DNA of 53,133 bases, filler included, from Asterionella formosa (GCA_002256025.1; 4 parts of 4 records of this genome joined end to end with filler, not necessarily neighbours in it), one strand, 5' to 3'; counted from the whole stretch's first letter, positions 35,501 through 47,125 are shown. Translations and numbers: made by a program. The notes: generated by a model not told the origin, from the sequence alone.

Positions 35501-35782
35501 CATGAATCGTTCGTTGAGTGCTACCGTGAGGAACTGATTGGTCACGTCTTGAAACAGATGTAATTGCACATCAGTCAAGTCTCCGTCTGTCTCAAATATG
35601 TCCAACAGGAATGGGTCTAGCGCTAGTTTACGGCCATCTTCAGAATATGTAACGCCAAAAGGAGAGCCGAGCAGAGCTGCTTCGAGGTGTCTCGGTTGTT
35701 TTCTTGTTGTCGCATCAGACAAGGAGGAGGACGCGACAATGACAAACAGAACTGCGAGCAACGAACGGCACGGGTATTTCAT
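32474..35782 (-). CDS. Type I membrane protein with signal peptide, Pro/Thr mucin-like stalk, TM, long disordered tail and C-terminal PDZ domain
   Basis: 1102-aa ORF. N-terminal hydrophobic signal, (S/T)PxGTPT repeats, TM IISGSIVGAAVLVLLAAFFVL, and PDZ-like APPGKLQIVL...GPSVHTVKPGSSLEGHLFPGDLIIAVDNVD. Confidence 0.88.
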   Translation of the reverse strand: MKYPCRSLLAVLFVIVASSSLSDATTRKQPRHLEAALLGSPFGVTYSEDGRKLALDPFLLDIFETDGDLTDVQLHLFQDVTNQFLTVALNERFMPNYEIGIVNTTVIEQSRTVLEGTSRRRDLSKRARIVQESAYGSLETAQDVDVYYLRQRKEAVGTIGSTLKVTLDVTFDRLPSPDATQTNEAVKSIMKDLSVLQGNISSLELFPSVFMIRRRELFTLSPSGIPTATPVATPTPTPTSPILSPTLSPIASTTPYPAGTPTTAPVDKPILSPTLDKPTDSTLSPVGTPTTSPVSTPTTAPVGTTTKAPVDKPILSPIFDRPTDSTLSPLGTLTISPVVTSSSPTLFPHVQPTKTPVVTPTSQTMSPVGTPTLSPDGSPTSQTMSPVGTPTLSPAGSPTLQTLSPASSPTTSPTGNVPSLPTSSNTDSILTPGDKDSTPSNSDSKIGIISGSIVGAAVLVLLAAFFVLHNRRQDDDGDESKDIFLHVNSDVESSMPSTSSSQKEHELTVTAATTASPSPAGSNGKSAADSIFSGLSDCEMESLCSPRHRSIMSKKSLSSQTTVQASGNGPSTTPTSQVATPTSLQMVGSLFAFEEVSLEDESSSSSSPNDSKLQEGNNLIKSPAATTTATTPLSTCHRNRQSTPRTDMAIVNGQTPVTPTSPYLHPKTPVTDAAVDMSLNMMEKADDGTTGTVVRELVFERSDAIEMALLQPEPLSTTAITTTATTTTTTLQEHQHDAIVDLFVPMASPQGTKKRSSAVVLPSPQRQKYQALLQMTPLLGWRKRMKKLSPREENDKDDDDDDHELVVVNEVEQQDQGAFPTLSPDHGTTATTANSRRHAGYDEGTGDGAAEYQNGAMHPLDWSNKGDSSVSDSTVSSHREALKARKFMFAHQQEQGQQQQQQGKVLKEPSGDFVSPTSNMSTLSGHSHGSNASSSSSQVSASRQLIQDLVWLEQKIASEKAMSSGALSADPTSPSVIEAMDSLSYVSGDQVISPSSNEGSTTNNSSSNNPTNTTILQSIVCRDCFAPPGKLQIVLRSTKDGPSVHTVKPGSSLEGHLFPGDLIIAVDNVDTRTYTADAVMKMMATKHSCERKITVLHFDETV

Positions 35783-36351
35783 TTTGCGAAACGAAAATCA
35801 AGATGTACTTTGCAATCTATAAAATGAGCAAAGTGTGTTTGTTGTCGTGCATCACTACTACAGTATTCTAGTCGACGATATTTACTCTCTCTGTAATATA
35901 CATCGTTGGAAGAAAAATGGCAACCACACCAACGATGAAATTGTCAGCTGCCGTAACGCCTAAATCTAACGTCTATTTATGAACATACATGGCATATATG
36001 TACTTGATCCAGCCCTTACTGTGCTATCCTAATATGTGCATCCTATCCACTCAAGGAGTTGGCTGGCGTGAATGTACCGACGCCCTGCTTGACTAGAAAT
36101 ACCGGTAGTTGGTGGCGCAAGGCGACCACGACAACACCAACGAAAGCTTCCATATGAATATTACATACGTACCTGGTACTGGGGCACCAGGTACCAATTA
36201 CCTGCTGGTTGGTGGTATATGCGTGTTGAGATTGTTGAGGGGAACCTCATCGCGTGAATAAAGGTGAGTTACAATAAAATGGCTATTCTATTTGTCTGTA
36301 AATAGAAAACATCTTATTCGTGTGATGCATCTTAGGCTGACACTTACGGTG

Positions 36352-36416
36352 CCCGAAATACGAAGATCGAATATTGCGAAGCTATTGTGGCAAAATCTTC
36401 GATCTTCGTATTCGGG
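36352..36416. repeat. Short inverted repeat (hairpin)
   Basis: cccgaaatacgaagatcgaa and ttcgatcttcgtattcggg; the motif cttacggt occurs on both sides. Confidence 0.7.
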
Positions 36417-38094
36417 AAATTTTGTGGCCACCTTACGGTCCTGAAGATTAAATAGTCCGTCAATCCATGCGTCAAATGACCGATCTCATGAATTGAAATT
36501 TATTCCTACATGAAAATTGGTAGTCTCATCTGTAGGAATATTATAGTAATTAATTATAATGAAAATCGTCAACACTCAATGCTCCATTGTTGTAGTTGCT
36601 GTTGTTGTAAGATGATCAGCATTCACATCGGCCTATCTCCTTTCTCCTCTCCCACCACCAGTATCTCCCTACCATCACAATGACAACTCAGAGGTCTATT
36701 CATTCTTTTTCGCTTAGCAGATGTTGTTGGATGGCGATAGCTGATTCGCTTGTTCAGATTGAACTTCCAAATGAAACTGAGAAACCAGCTCATTTCGCAA
36801 CGCAGCTGGCAAGGCAGCTGGTAGTTGCCATGACAACCATTGTTGCTTCCATGGCTGTACACACTATTGATAATGTTGCGTCTCTCTCCCTGCTGTTAGC
36901 AAGTAACATTCAAGAAGGGACTGGTAGGATTCTCTGTGTTTGGCTGCCCCTGCCTGTTTGGCAGCCATTCTACCATTGCTTCCTCTCAATCAATACTAGT
37001 ATAGCTAATGAAAACCGTAATTAGATGAAATGTGACTTCCGGTTTCTAATATTTTACATTGTTGCACTACTGAAACTTGAATCCATAAATGGGCATTCAA
37101 CTTGTGTTTGCTTCTTGCATTTTTGCAGTATAGACTGGATGGTGGGCGATAGGCCAAGCAAAGAGTCTCGCTTTTCATGAACATCTACAAGGTACTAGTG
37201 CTTTTGTCGAGGTTTGTGTCTAAATCCAACTGCTGCCATCCATTGAAATACTCCAGATACATCAAAGAATAGCTACGCTCCTGTCTTCAAAGGTAAGGAA
37301 CTAGTACGATGACGAAGAAATTCTAATGAGACATGAAAATTACGAAACCAGAATCACTCTGTTACTATAAATAGCTAGACAGCCTCATGCTTCTTTGTGC
37401 ATATCGCCTGCTATGCTGCGTTTCAATTCTAGATGTATTACGTTCTTGTTAGAGAGACGATGTTACAGAGAAGTAGATTGTGCTGTTCTATAATTGATGT
37501 TGTTTAGCTATGATTGAGGTTGTAACACTGATTGATGCTCTGGTGACAGACTGGCCGGAAATATTCGTCTTGTGTGATGAGCCATTTCGTTTTCATTGGA
37601 TTTCTTTTCAAGCTCTTAACGGATTTCATACTTCGAACATACTGTGCAATGTAGATGATGATTCATCGAAGACATATGATGACTTGAACGACAAATGAAG
37701 ATTTATCACAAAATCTCGTTGTTCCTCTCAACAAGGCTGGTTTGTCGTTGTTGCAAGAATCAGAGTGAGGACTGGCGAGGATGATGAGCCAAACCACATT
37801 ACTCTAACTGGTACATTATCCTAACAAGAAATTTAAATAAAGGAACCTAAAAGAAACAATACATATAATAATCAAATTTCCATAGTCAAAAGGGTTACTA
37901 TTTAAACTACGAGGGCATTTATCAAAATTATTAGATGCATCATGGAAATATGATGGTTTTTTTTTGCAGACGATGTTGCAATAAGAATGACGAGAATTTC
38001 TGGTTACGACCACATATTGATCCATCAGTGTGTATGTTGTTATCCTGTCATTTCAGTTTGGCAACAGAGAGTTCATTTCTTTGCTTTATAGCTG

Positions 38095-38420
38095 GCAACA
38101 AAAAGAAATGAATCCATAGAGCACCGTTTTTTAAACTATTATCCAAAAGCTCCTCCATGGACTATATCTCCACGCAGGAGAAAGATGAATTTGAATGGTA
38201 TGGACAAATGTATTGCATGCTTCTCATCCGCAAAATTATCCCATACATTTAAACAGTTTCCTCATAAAGACAAGGACATTATCATTCCCCAAGGCATAGG
38301 ACTTTCCCTTTCGCATTCTGTTGGTGTATAAACTTGGTGTGGTTTCTGAGGTTTTGGGTAGCCATTCATTCCAGAATTGGTGAACAACATAGTGGTAGTG
38401 TGTGGTATAACTCTGTTGCT
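38095..38420 (-). pseudogene. Degraded 2OG-Fe(II) dioxygenase-like (DSBH) domain
   Basis: PQKPHQVY...PWGMIMSLSL*GNCLNVWD...LSIPFKFIFLLRGDIVHGG, then after a frameshift NGALWIHFFL. HxD, distal H and RxH positions are recognisable but mutated. Confidence 0.55.
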
Positions 38421-38423
38421 ATT

Positions 38424-38505
38424 GCGGGGAACAAACATGAATCCAGGACAGGTAGTATGCATGTTTGTCCATGTAGTCATTGATTCATCTAAACATACAA
38501 TGTGT
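38424..38505 (-). pseudogene. piggyBac-like transposase fragment (first catalytic Asp region)
   Basis: IVCLDESMTTWTNMHTTCPGFMFVPR resembles the DESM...PxKP motif of DDE_Tnp_1_7. Confidence 0.6.
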
Positions 38506-38548
38506 CTTCATTCCTTGTAGCATCATTTTGATTGTTTCTTTTAATCAG

Positions 38549-38748
38549 AGAGATTGTGCTGAAGTTTGCGTTCTGTCCAATGTCGATTAAGGTGATATCA
38601 ATGATGGTATATTTGAAAGAGGGTGGTCTGCCATTGTGGGGAGAGGTAGAGATTGTGCTGAGGCTTGCGTTCTATCCAATGTCCATCAAGGTGATTTCAA
38701 CGATGGTATTGTAAGGGAGAGGGTGGTCTGCCATTGTGGGAAGAGGTA
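38549..38748. repeat. ~100-bp tandem duplication
   Basis: agagattgtgctga...gagggtggtctgccattgtggg occurs twice. Confidence 0.85.
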
Positions 38749-39129
38749 CCACTTGGATGCTGGCTATGTACAAATTCCAGTAGGTGCTGGTACTGACTAT
38801 AAAATCTTTTACTTGATGCTTTTCCAATTGTTAGTTACAAATCATATAAAACATCACGGTTATATCAGTTGCTCACAGGGCATAAAGCGACTTTACAAAT
38901 CGGTTCCATGTACATTACTACTCATTTTCCATTGGCCATATGAAATGGGATGTATAGAGAAGAAATGGTACAATACATAATGAAACTTGCAGGATGGTAC
39001 ACTTGCTATGTTTTTGATTTGGTTGATTGAGCATGGCAAAAGGCACAGGAATCCAAGAAAATGATAATTTTCAACATGGAATTTGAGTTATTGGCAACTT
39101 TCAGTCCTCATAGCAAATGTGACTAGAGA

Positions 39130-39760
39130 GTTGACAACAGGTGTTTCCAGTGCAAATGTCTAAATGAGGAAGTGAACCACCCACTGTAGTATCAAATTGA
39201 TATATGCTGGCAAACCATTTGGTTGAGACGGTTTTACAGGGTATTGGAACATATCATTACAAAACACAAAAATTTAAGGAAGGTCTGCAACAGTGGCTTA
39301 ATTTAGAACCTGCAAGGAGGGTAGTACCTAAAACGCCTGCAACAGATGTTGTGGGTTGGCTAGCCTTTGAGGCTTTTATGAATCAAATAAATATTGGTTA
39401 TCATGGCCTTTCAAAAGATTAGGATTTGAGAGATATGGGTAACTGGAGCATGTGAGCAATGGCTGGGTTGTGGCAGTTTGGAATTGATAGCTGGATATTT
39501 TTCAAGGAAGAACTCAAGGGAACAACAGAGGAAGAACAAATTTCAACAGTGACTAAAGAGGCTGATAATAGGATTTGTACAAGATATGAACAAGATCAAA
39601 GAAAGGTGCAAGATGAAGTTAAATCTTTCTTCCTTCTTCCAGTTGAAGTACTGGTATTCCATCACTCACTTTGCCTAATGCGTCAGTGGATTGAACCAGT
39701 TGATTTGGCATTCAATGCTTGGTGTTGCACCTGTGCTGCAGGAAACATCAATGAAGCTTG
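39130..39760 (+). mobile_element. Second non-LTR (Ambal/CRE-like) C-terminal relic
   Basis: CxxC...H, AFMNQINIGY, GLWQFGIDSW...GTTEEEQI and RQWI; parallels 8780-9270. Confidence 0.55.
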
Positions 39761-39845
39761 GCTTTACCTTGCCCCATTATATAAATATCTTGTGAGATTT
39801 TAACACCAGAAACTTTAAAAGATGAAAGGGTGCATATTATCTTAA

Positions 39846-39945
39846 NNNNNNNNNNNNNNNNNNNNNNNNNNNNNNNNNNNNNNNNNNNNTTAATTAATTA
39901 ANNNNNNNNNNNNNNNNNNNNNNNNNNNNNNNNNNNNNNNNNNNN
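39846..39945. other. Assembly gap with linker
   Basis: N-TTAATTAATTAA-N. Confidence 0.98.
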
Positions 39946-41165
39946 ACCACTGAAATTTCCTGGGCAGATGTATTCTCGGTTGGATCGGCACGTGGCACGG
40001 TACCCCAACCGGATGGACGAGTATTATGACTCGATGTATTTAACATACGAGCATGTGGAACAGGCACAGGGTTAGCAGTGTCAGTATGATAGCTTTCCGT
40101 AGGATTGCTGTGTGCACCACCTCCACGACCACCAAAATGTCCTCGTCTACCAAAACTGGAACGGCCATATCCATTTTGACGACCAGCCATGCGACCTGCT
40201 CGACCACCTTGAGTACGAGGATTCTGGAAACAATTGCCCCAAGTATGTACACCTTCAGGATGTACCGGGCAAGGACCACGATAATCATGGTACATACGAC
40301 TGGCTTGTAGAGCTTGATGACGAACACTTGCCTGACAATCCCATGCGCGTCCAGCTGCACTGACAATAGCACGCGCCCTTCCACGACCACTTGGAGTAAA
40401 ATTATGCTTGTAGAATTGACGACTGACACGCTCGTTTTCTTGACGCATCACACGATTGCCTTCAGCAATGCGAAGACGGTTCTGTGTGATTGTTTGAAAA
40501 CTGTTCTTGGGAAGATGCTTGTTTCGATCCTTAAACGATTGTTGACTCTCGAAGTAAGCGAGAACCGAGCGAATCGATTGGTCTGAAGTCTTTGCATGAT
40601 TTAATTCAAACTCTTGTTGCCACTCATCGGGCATAGAACGGATAATGATACTCTGTATATCTTCTTTTGACAATCCAACTTGATCTTCTGGATGAGGCAT
40701 TAGTTGAAGTAGCCTGTTTAAAGTTTTAATACGAGCTCCGAAATCCATTACCAACATAGAAAAGGGTTTAGATAAATAAGGTAGCATCCATTGTCATTGA
40801 TGTTGAAAACTCTCATTTGGTAAACGATTGTCTAACCATAAAACCATCGCTTCATCGAAACTATTGTAAGATTGATCTTCTGGGTGTACTTCCACATTCA
40901 ACCAATCCGATAAGGCAATTTCTGTCAAACACCTTTTAAAGTAGGAAAAGGTATCTGCAGGGCTAAAGGCACATGTGTTAGCCATGTCACGAAATTGACT
41001 CACTCCAATTAACAATGCTTCCACTGAGCTTCCATCGATCATATCTTGATCAAACGATTCAAACCTTCCACCGGTTAAAGCAACTCTGAATGTTTTAGTC
41101 TTGATAGTCAATACATTGTAGTCTTTGATCAAAGGAATCACAGGAACCCTTGAATACATTGCCAT
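39946..41165 (-). mobile_element. Gypsy gag with one in-frame TGA at 40794-40796, cut by the gap
   Basis: Begins ~40 bp after the family's 5' LTR. Contains IIIRSMPDEWQQEF, the zinc knuckle CPVHPEGVHTWGNC and an RGG-rich region. The two listed ORFs are in the same frame. Confidence 0.85.
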
Positions 41166-41204
41166 GTTTGTTGTCTTCTAATTCGACTCTTTTTGAATTC
41201 AAAG

Positions 41205-41399
41205 TGAAGTATCTAACTAGAAGTAGTAGTATTTATTGAATATATGAGCTTATAAATAAATCCTTATGTACAACTCATTTCCTGAACTGTCATCAAAGTA
41301 TAGAATGGATGTTAGTCGGGTTCTGTCATTATTGAATTCCGATGTATTTGATATAACCCTAACTCTATATATATCTGTATCGATGTGCAGGATTGCTCA
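41205..41399 (-). mobile_element. Gypsy 5' LTR, 195 bp
   Basis: Same sequence as 14380-14574 with TG...CA ends, followed by gag rather than host flank. Confidence 0.92.
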
Positions 41400-41489
41400 C
41401 GGAGTACTGTAGTACCTACGTAATTAGTGTAGCCTACTGGACGGAAGCTCGATAAATAAGCTAGCTAGCGTGGTTGGCAGAACAACCTA

Positions 41490-41688
41490 CATGGTGCAAA
41501 AGGAAAGAAAGATAAAGGTTGGAAATATAATCTTAAAGATATATATACCTACGCCGTTCTAGCGCATTCGCTGTCCAAGCTCGTACGCCGTACTATCGCT
41601 AAAGCACTCTAACGGCTAGTTAGTGCACTGTACCGTATGACACGGTACATGCACCCACGCGCCCACACTGCACTGCAATATTTGTTCA
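41490..41688 (-). mobile_element. Probable copia 3' LTR (distal end uncertain)
   Basis: PPT gaggggac followed by TG at 41688, ~160 bp after the pol stop; contains a TATA-like tract. Confidence 0.55.
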
Positions 41689-41848
41689 GTCCCCTCGAAT
41701 ACATGGGAGGTGAAACCAAACAAATATACCACTAAACATCGACCTAGATTCGGTGCCACACGTCATTGCGTGCCCAGAAGGTAACCGGTGTCATAGGTTA
41801 TGACATCGCGATGAACCTTGGCTTCAATCTTTGACCCACTGTGATCCA

Positions 41849-44800
41849 TCAATACATGAACGTGTGGCACAAATACTCTCGCGTAATTTGGGGTAATGGC
41901 TTCGTCAGCACATCAGCCAAATTAGTCTTTCCATCTTCCTTCGTTACCCAAATCGTCCCTGCCGCCACAGCTTCTCTCGCTCTGTGATACGCTATCGCAT
42001 TATGTTTCTTTTTCAATGTCGATTCTGGATAAATCGTGTTCTTCGTCACCGCCTCGTTGTCGCAGAAAACGTTAGTCGGTCCATTGATTGGGACTCCAAA
42101 CATTCTCAGCTTATACCTCAATGCCTCGATCAGTTCGACCGAGATCATCAATGCCACAAATTCGCTACCAAATGTCGATGTCTCGACAGTGTTCTGTCGT
42201 TTACTGTACCATATAATTGGAGCCCGATTCACAAAAATCAGTATCCCGGTCTGCAAGCGCCTCGTCACCCGATTCCCGGCATGATCCGCATCCACAAAAC
42301 AGTGAGTAGTTACAACATTACCTCTGGGCTCGGGTACATCCCCTGGAATAGACTCCGGCGCTCCCCTGTAAAAGTCGTGCCAATCGCATTTAACAAACCT
42401 GGACTCGTCTATATCGGGGGGTGTCGGATCAAAGATCAACGTCCTCCTGGGTTTCGCTTTCAGATATCCGAACATGTGATATACCTGCTGTAAGTGTCCG
42501 CTTCTCGGCAACGCTAGGTGAGTAGATAACATAGAAACTTCCATAGCAATGTCTATTCGTCCAAGCTCCACTGCCCAGCGGAGCACACCGATCAATTCCT
42601 TGTAGTATCTCACGCCTTCAATCTTGAATTCGGCAGAGGTATCCAGTTCCGGTCTATAATTCCTCTGCAATGGGGTAGTGCACCTCGTCAGAAGCCGCTG
42701 ACCCGACTCGTCGAGTTTGAACTCTACGTTGGCGATGGCCGCCTTGACATACTGCTCTGAAGTCATGGCCCAACACTCAACTCCGCCGACTATTTTCTGC
42801 ATTACCTGGGCTCCCAGGTAATTTTCTGGCTTCTCGACTTTATCGTCCTTCAATTTGAAGGTGGACTGTATCCCGCTCATAGTCGATCTAGGCTGCGCTG
42901 AAATGCAAAGAATGTCATCAACATATACAAGAATCATTTCGTAATACTCAAAACCATCCGGTTTTACCGCGGGTCGAATCCATACATCAGGGTCCCCTTT
43001 CGTGGGCAAGTAACCCAAATCATGGAGGGTTTCTGCAAGATGCGCTCTGAATGCCGCACCGCTAGATTTGAGCCCATACAGCGCTTTCTTTACCACCATG
43101 GTAGCTCCCGCTTCCGACCCAAATTCCGGCCCTGCAATTATGTAAATTTTCTCTCTGCAATCTGCGGTTAGGTAAGCGTTTTGAATATCGCAAGCAAGAA
43201 GTTGTAAGTCGTTCAATGAAGCAACCAATAAGGCGATGCGCACTGAGTCCCTCGACACAACTGACAAATACGTCAGGGCTGAGGGCGTTTCCGTCCGGCT
43301 GCTGTCAGCAACTAGTCTCACCTTACGCCGAAAGTTTTCGCCCATTTTGATGTCGAACACGAAATGACACCTTATCTTTTGGTACCCTGGCGGAAGGTCT
43401 CCCTCTCGCTTTTCCCACTTTTCAAATGCCGGTCGCACGTTTTTCATTTCCTTGCAGATGGCGTCCCACCATAATGTGTTACCATTGGCTTTATCAATCG
43501 CTAACGCCTCTTCAACGGACTTCGGTATCCGTATACCGTATTTGCGAGTTCTCTGCCAATAGTTAGACTTTACCTTTGCTGGGACTCGTTCCCATTTCTT
43601 TAGAAGAGTCGGCACCCACCACGCGAACGCCGCCTCGTCATCAATATGATTAGCAATTGAGTACTCCGCCACCTGTATGGGATACAATTGCGTCATATCC
43701 TTAAGTGCGACCCAAGTGGTACTCCCGTCCCTCCTTTGGCATAGGAGTTGCCACCCTTGAGTCGTCTGTCTCTGCCGCTTGACACCGTAAGACATTGTGA
43801 TGAACGCGTCCTCTTTGTTGAGTGCCGTCGCATTCCGGCTATGATCGATAATGTCGTCGAGAAGTACGTGTCGTGCCCTCCTCGTCTATCTGTGAAAACG
43901 AATTCTGATCAATAAGGTTAGAGGACAATGCCTCTGAGTGTCCGTCAAAGAACTCGACCTCATACTCTCTCGTCTCAAGCAAAGGATTTTCGTGAACCTT
44001 GCCGATAGGTCTACCATCGGCGTTGCGCAATCTCTTGGTGGTGCCAAATTGAACACCGTTGTTATCATCTCCAACGCCCCTCGCTATCGCTATCTCTTTG
44101 TTGAGGTATGTATCCTCAAAAATATCGGGCGTGAAGGTGTCATTGGCATCTGGTATTTGGTGGTCGCTCACAACATTGTTTATCTCTTCGCCGAATACTG
44201 AATCATCCTGTAGATCCGTGTATTCATCCCAATCCTGCAATTGTTGCTCCTCCTTGTCGCCTGCATTTTGGTGGTTGTCGTCATGCATGATTTCGTTTAT
44301 CCTCTCATTGTACTCCTTGCATCTGTCTTTGACCTCGCTAGTTGTTAGTTCAAGGTGAGTGATACGCTGCACTGTAGTGCCGCGTGAGATAGCGCGACAA
44401 GCAATGGTTAGGATCCAATACGACATTAGGTTACCGACTCGGTGAGACATACCAAGCCAGCGCCCAAACGTGTTTTCGCTAACCCCTGCATTATCCTTGT
44501 CCCACACCCAATCGTAGAACCCGAAATCCAAGTATTCGGATATGTCAGGTGTCTCGCCTGTGATCTGCTCTATAGGAGTCCGACCTTCCAGCGCAAATGA
44601 TGAGTTAGGAGTGAGAGACATTGTTTCACACACCCACACGATTCCGTAATCCCACAAACGCTTCGGAACCCGACGCTTCATCATTTGTCGAAACCATCGC
44701 TTCTTCACTTCGCGAATGACTGACTCCGCTCGATTCTGTCGATGCTGTTTGGTTTCGCTCACGTGATGTTCAATCCCATACTTCCTCATGTTCTTAATGA

Positions 44801-47125
44801 ATTCCGTTTTCGGTCCAGTCTGTTCGGACGGCCTGTCAGATGTGAGGTACTCAGGTGTTCCGTAATCACGAATGAATTGTTGGAGCGCCAGACCCGAGCC
44901 AGACTTCTTCTCCATCGGGTACGCTTTTACGAAATACGCTTCATTTGCAAAGATTTGAGCACATGTGTTGTTAGTCAGTGATTTGCATTTCCTGAAAATG
45001 GTGTCATTGTAGAACAGTTGGTTCCATAACTTCCGCTGGCCATACATCCTATCTGTTCGGTACCGCCTGCTCAATGGGAGTATTGCTGACCGAATGCCCT
45101 TCTGAGTGGTGACCTCTAGGGTCTGTTTCGCTTGAGTCAGTCCAATATTCCACCTTTCGCTGAGTGTCTCATAATTCACTTGAGCAAGCCGGTCCGACGA
45201 TTAATGTATCGAACATCTCTTAAAGCCTCCACCATCTCCTTGAAGCAGTAGATGGACGATATCTGGGACAAGAAAGGCTCGACGCCGATCGTGTCCTCCA
45301 CCTCCACAGATTGTATGAGGGAAAGGTTGACAGTCTGTGGATTCCATTCGGTGTCGCAGGTTAAATGAATGTGAGTACAAGTATCAAGTTCACGCTGGGT
45401 GGGAGTGGTAGTCTCCAAGAAGATGTTTGTTCCGCTGATCTGCAGCGGAATATCGATTTCCGTTGTCGAGATTGACAGCGGTGCCGCTTTATCGAATGGA
45501 TTGTCGTTGACAACCACCCCGGAAAATCGCAATTGGTTAGGGTTGAGGCGGCTGTGTTCAAGCTTGTTGCCAAAATAAAGTCCCTCATTGATAATTAAAA
45601 TGAAGGTCTCTCCGCTTTGTTGGAAAGTAAATGCTGTCGCTCCGCAAACAATAGGGATGTCTCGTTCTGGTTCGTAAGCACCTGCGTTGTATGGAATGAC
45701 ATCACAGGCACGTCCTGTAAAGTAAAGAGGTACAAAATTACAGCCAAGAGCACAGGTGTCAGCGTGAGAGTCAAGTTTACATTTCGCAGCGCGCTGGGTT
45801 AGTTGTGTGAGTGCAGATATAGATAATTGGTGAGGCGGGAGCGGCTTCCGATGAGAAGAACGATATGCCGCTATCTCAAGTCGCGCCCACCAAAAGAATT
45901 GCCGGCGTTTGACTTCTTCGGCGTTTCCGACTTGTCGTCATCGCATGTTCCGGAGTCGCTAAGTGCTGCTGACTTGATAGAACTGATGATGGCGGAAGCA
46001 AAGTGCTTTGTTGTCATCTCGGAAATGGTACTCTTCGATTCGCCTTGCTCTCCTTTCTTGTCGCGTTCCTTTCGGACTCGATCACGCTCCTCATATGAAA
46101 GCTTTTCCCATTCTGTTGTTGAGTAGTAAGTGGTTTTCTGTGGAGTGGTTCCGCGCCCGCCACGACCTCTGCGACCGCGGCCGGCACCGCGACCCTGGAA
46201 GCCACGACCGTCGCCGCGGCCTCCGCCACGACGTCCGCCACGTCCGGTTGTGTTTGTTGCGTTAATTCGTCTGGATAGCTGATAATCAGGCGTCTGTGAC
46301 ACCTCAGAGTTTAAATGGTTTGCTGCGACAGTAAAGGTAATACCTGTTGTATTGAGCTGGTATCTGAGTTGTGCGACTGTGGCAGATAAGCCGGACCTCT
46401 GCACTTTGGACAATAGCTCGTCTACTTTCGCTCTTTCGGACAAAGGCTCGTTCTCTTCTTCGAAGATCGTGAACATACGTTGTAGTGAATCCAAGAACTT
46501 GTTAAAAGGTAACGCACGCTCGGTCTTGTAGTGGAGGGACAATTGAATCTTCTTGGCGTTGGCAATCCTACGCATGGAATTTCCTTCGCCAGCATAGTGC
46601 CGCCTCAACGCGACCATGTCCCTACGACCGTCCTGATAACGAGAGATGGAACGAATCCAATTTTCTGTCTGTTCACCCTGTAGAAAACCAAGTAACAGTA
46701 TATGCACACGTCTCGCATCCGCAATGTAATACTGACCGTTAAGGGGGGCAGGATGGATCATGCGCTCGTTGAATGAGCCATAATCGGCCTCAGCTTCGGG
46801 ATCCTCCACTTCTCTTACCACATAAGACAACGGTATGCCGCTAACGCCGGGAATGACAGCCAAGTAGTTGATAAAGGCCTTTTCCCACTCAGGCCACTTC
46901 CTCTCATCTTTAAATCTTTCCCGGATCGGCAGCCTTGGCTGGAATTAGTAGCCACAAGATCTATGACGGACTTCCTGATCTGCGCAAGGCTCAAAGATTG
47001 ATACAAAATCTCAACATTGAAATCGTTGTGGTCCGGAACGTCGTTAACTCGATGGAAATCCTGGACCCAATGCATAACACCTGTCAATTTCTTTGTGCGT
47101 CCAAGTCCTAAAACAATCTTACCGT
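41849..47125 (-). mobile_element. Copia (CoDi-type) gag-pol: gag ~47125-45871, protease ~45780, integrase 45179-43839, RT/RNase H 43795-41849; several frameshifts, 5' end missing
   Basis: Domain order PR-IN-RT-RH. Motifs LDSHADTC, QNRAESVIRE, DIQNAYL, KALYGLKSSG, YVDDIL, VDADHAG, CDNEA and NLADVLTK. Confidence 0.95.

Noticed and set aside
36600..37800. Short ORFs between the PDZ gene and the dioxygenase relic
   Set aside because: No recognisable motifs or consistent frame.
13228..39945. Three identical TTAATTAATTAA motifs inside N-runs
   Set aside because: Artificial scaffolding linker with stops in all frames. Order and orientation across these gaps are also uncertain.
40788..40796. Programmed readthrough at the TGA in gypsy gag
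   Set aside because: It lies in mid-gag rather than at the gag-pol boundary. A point mutation (e.g. CGA to TGA) is the simpler explanation.
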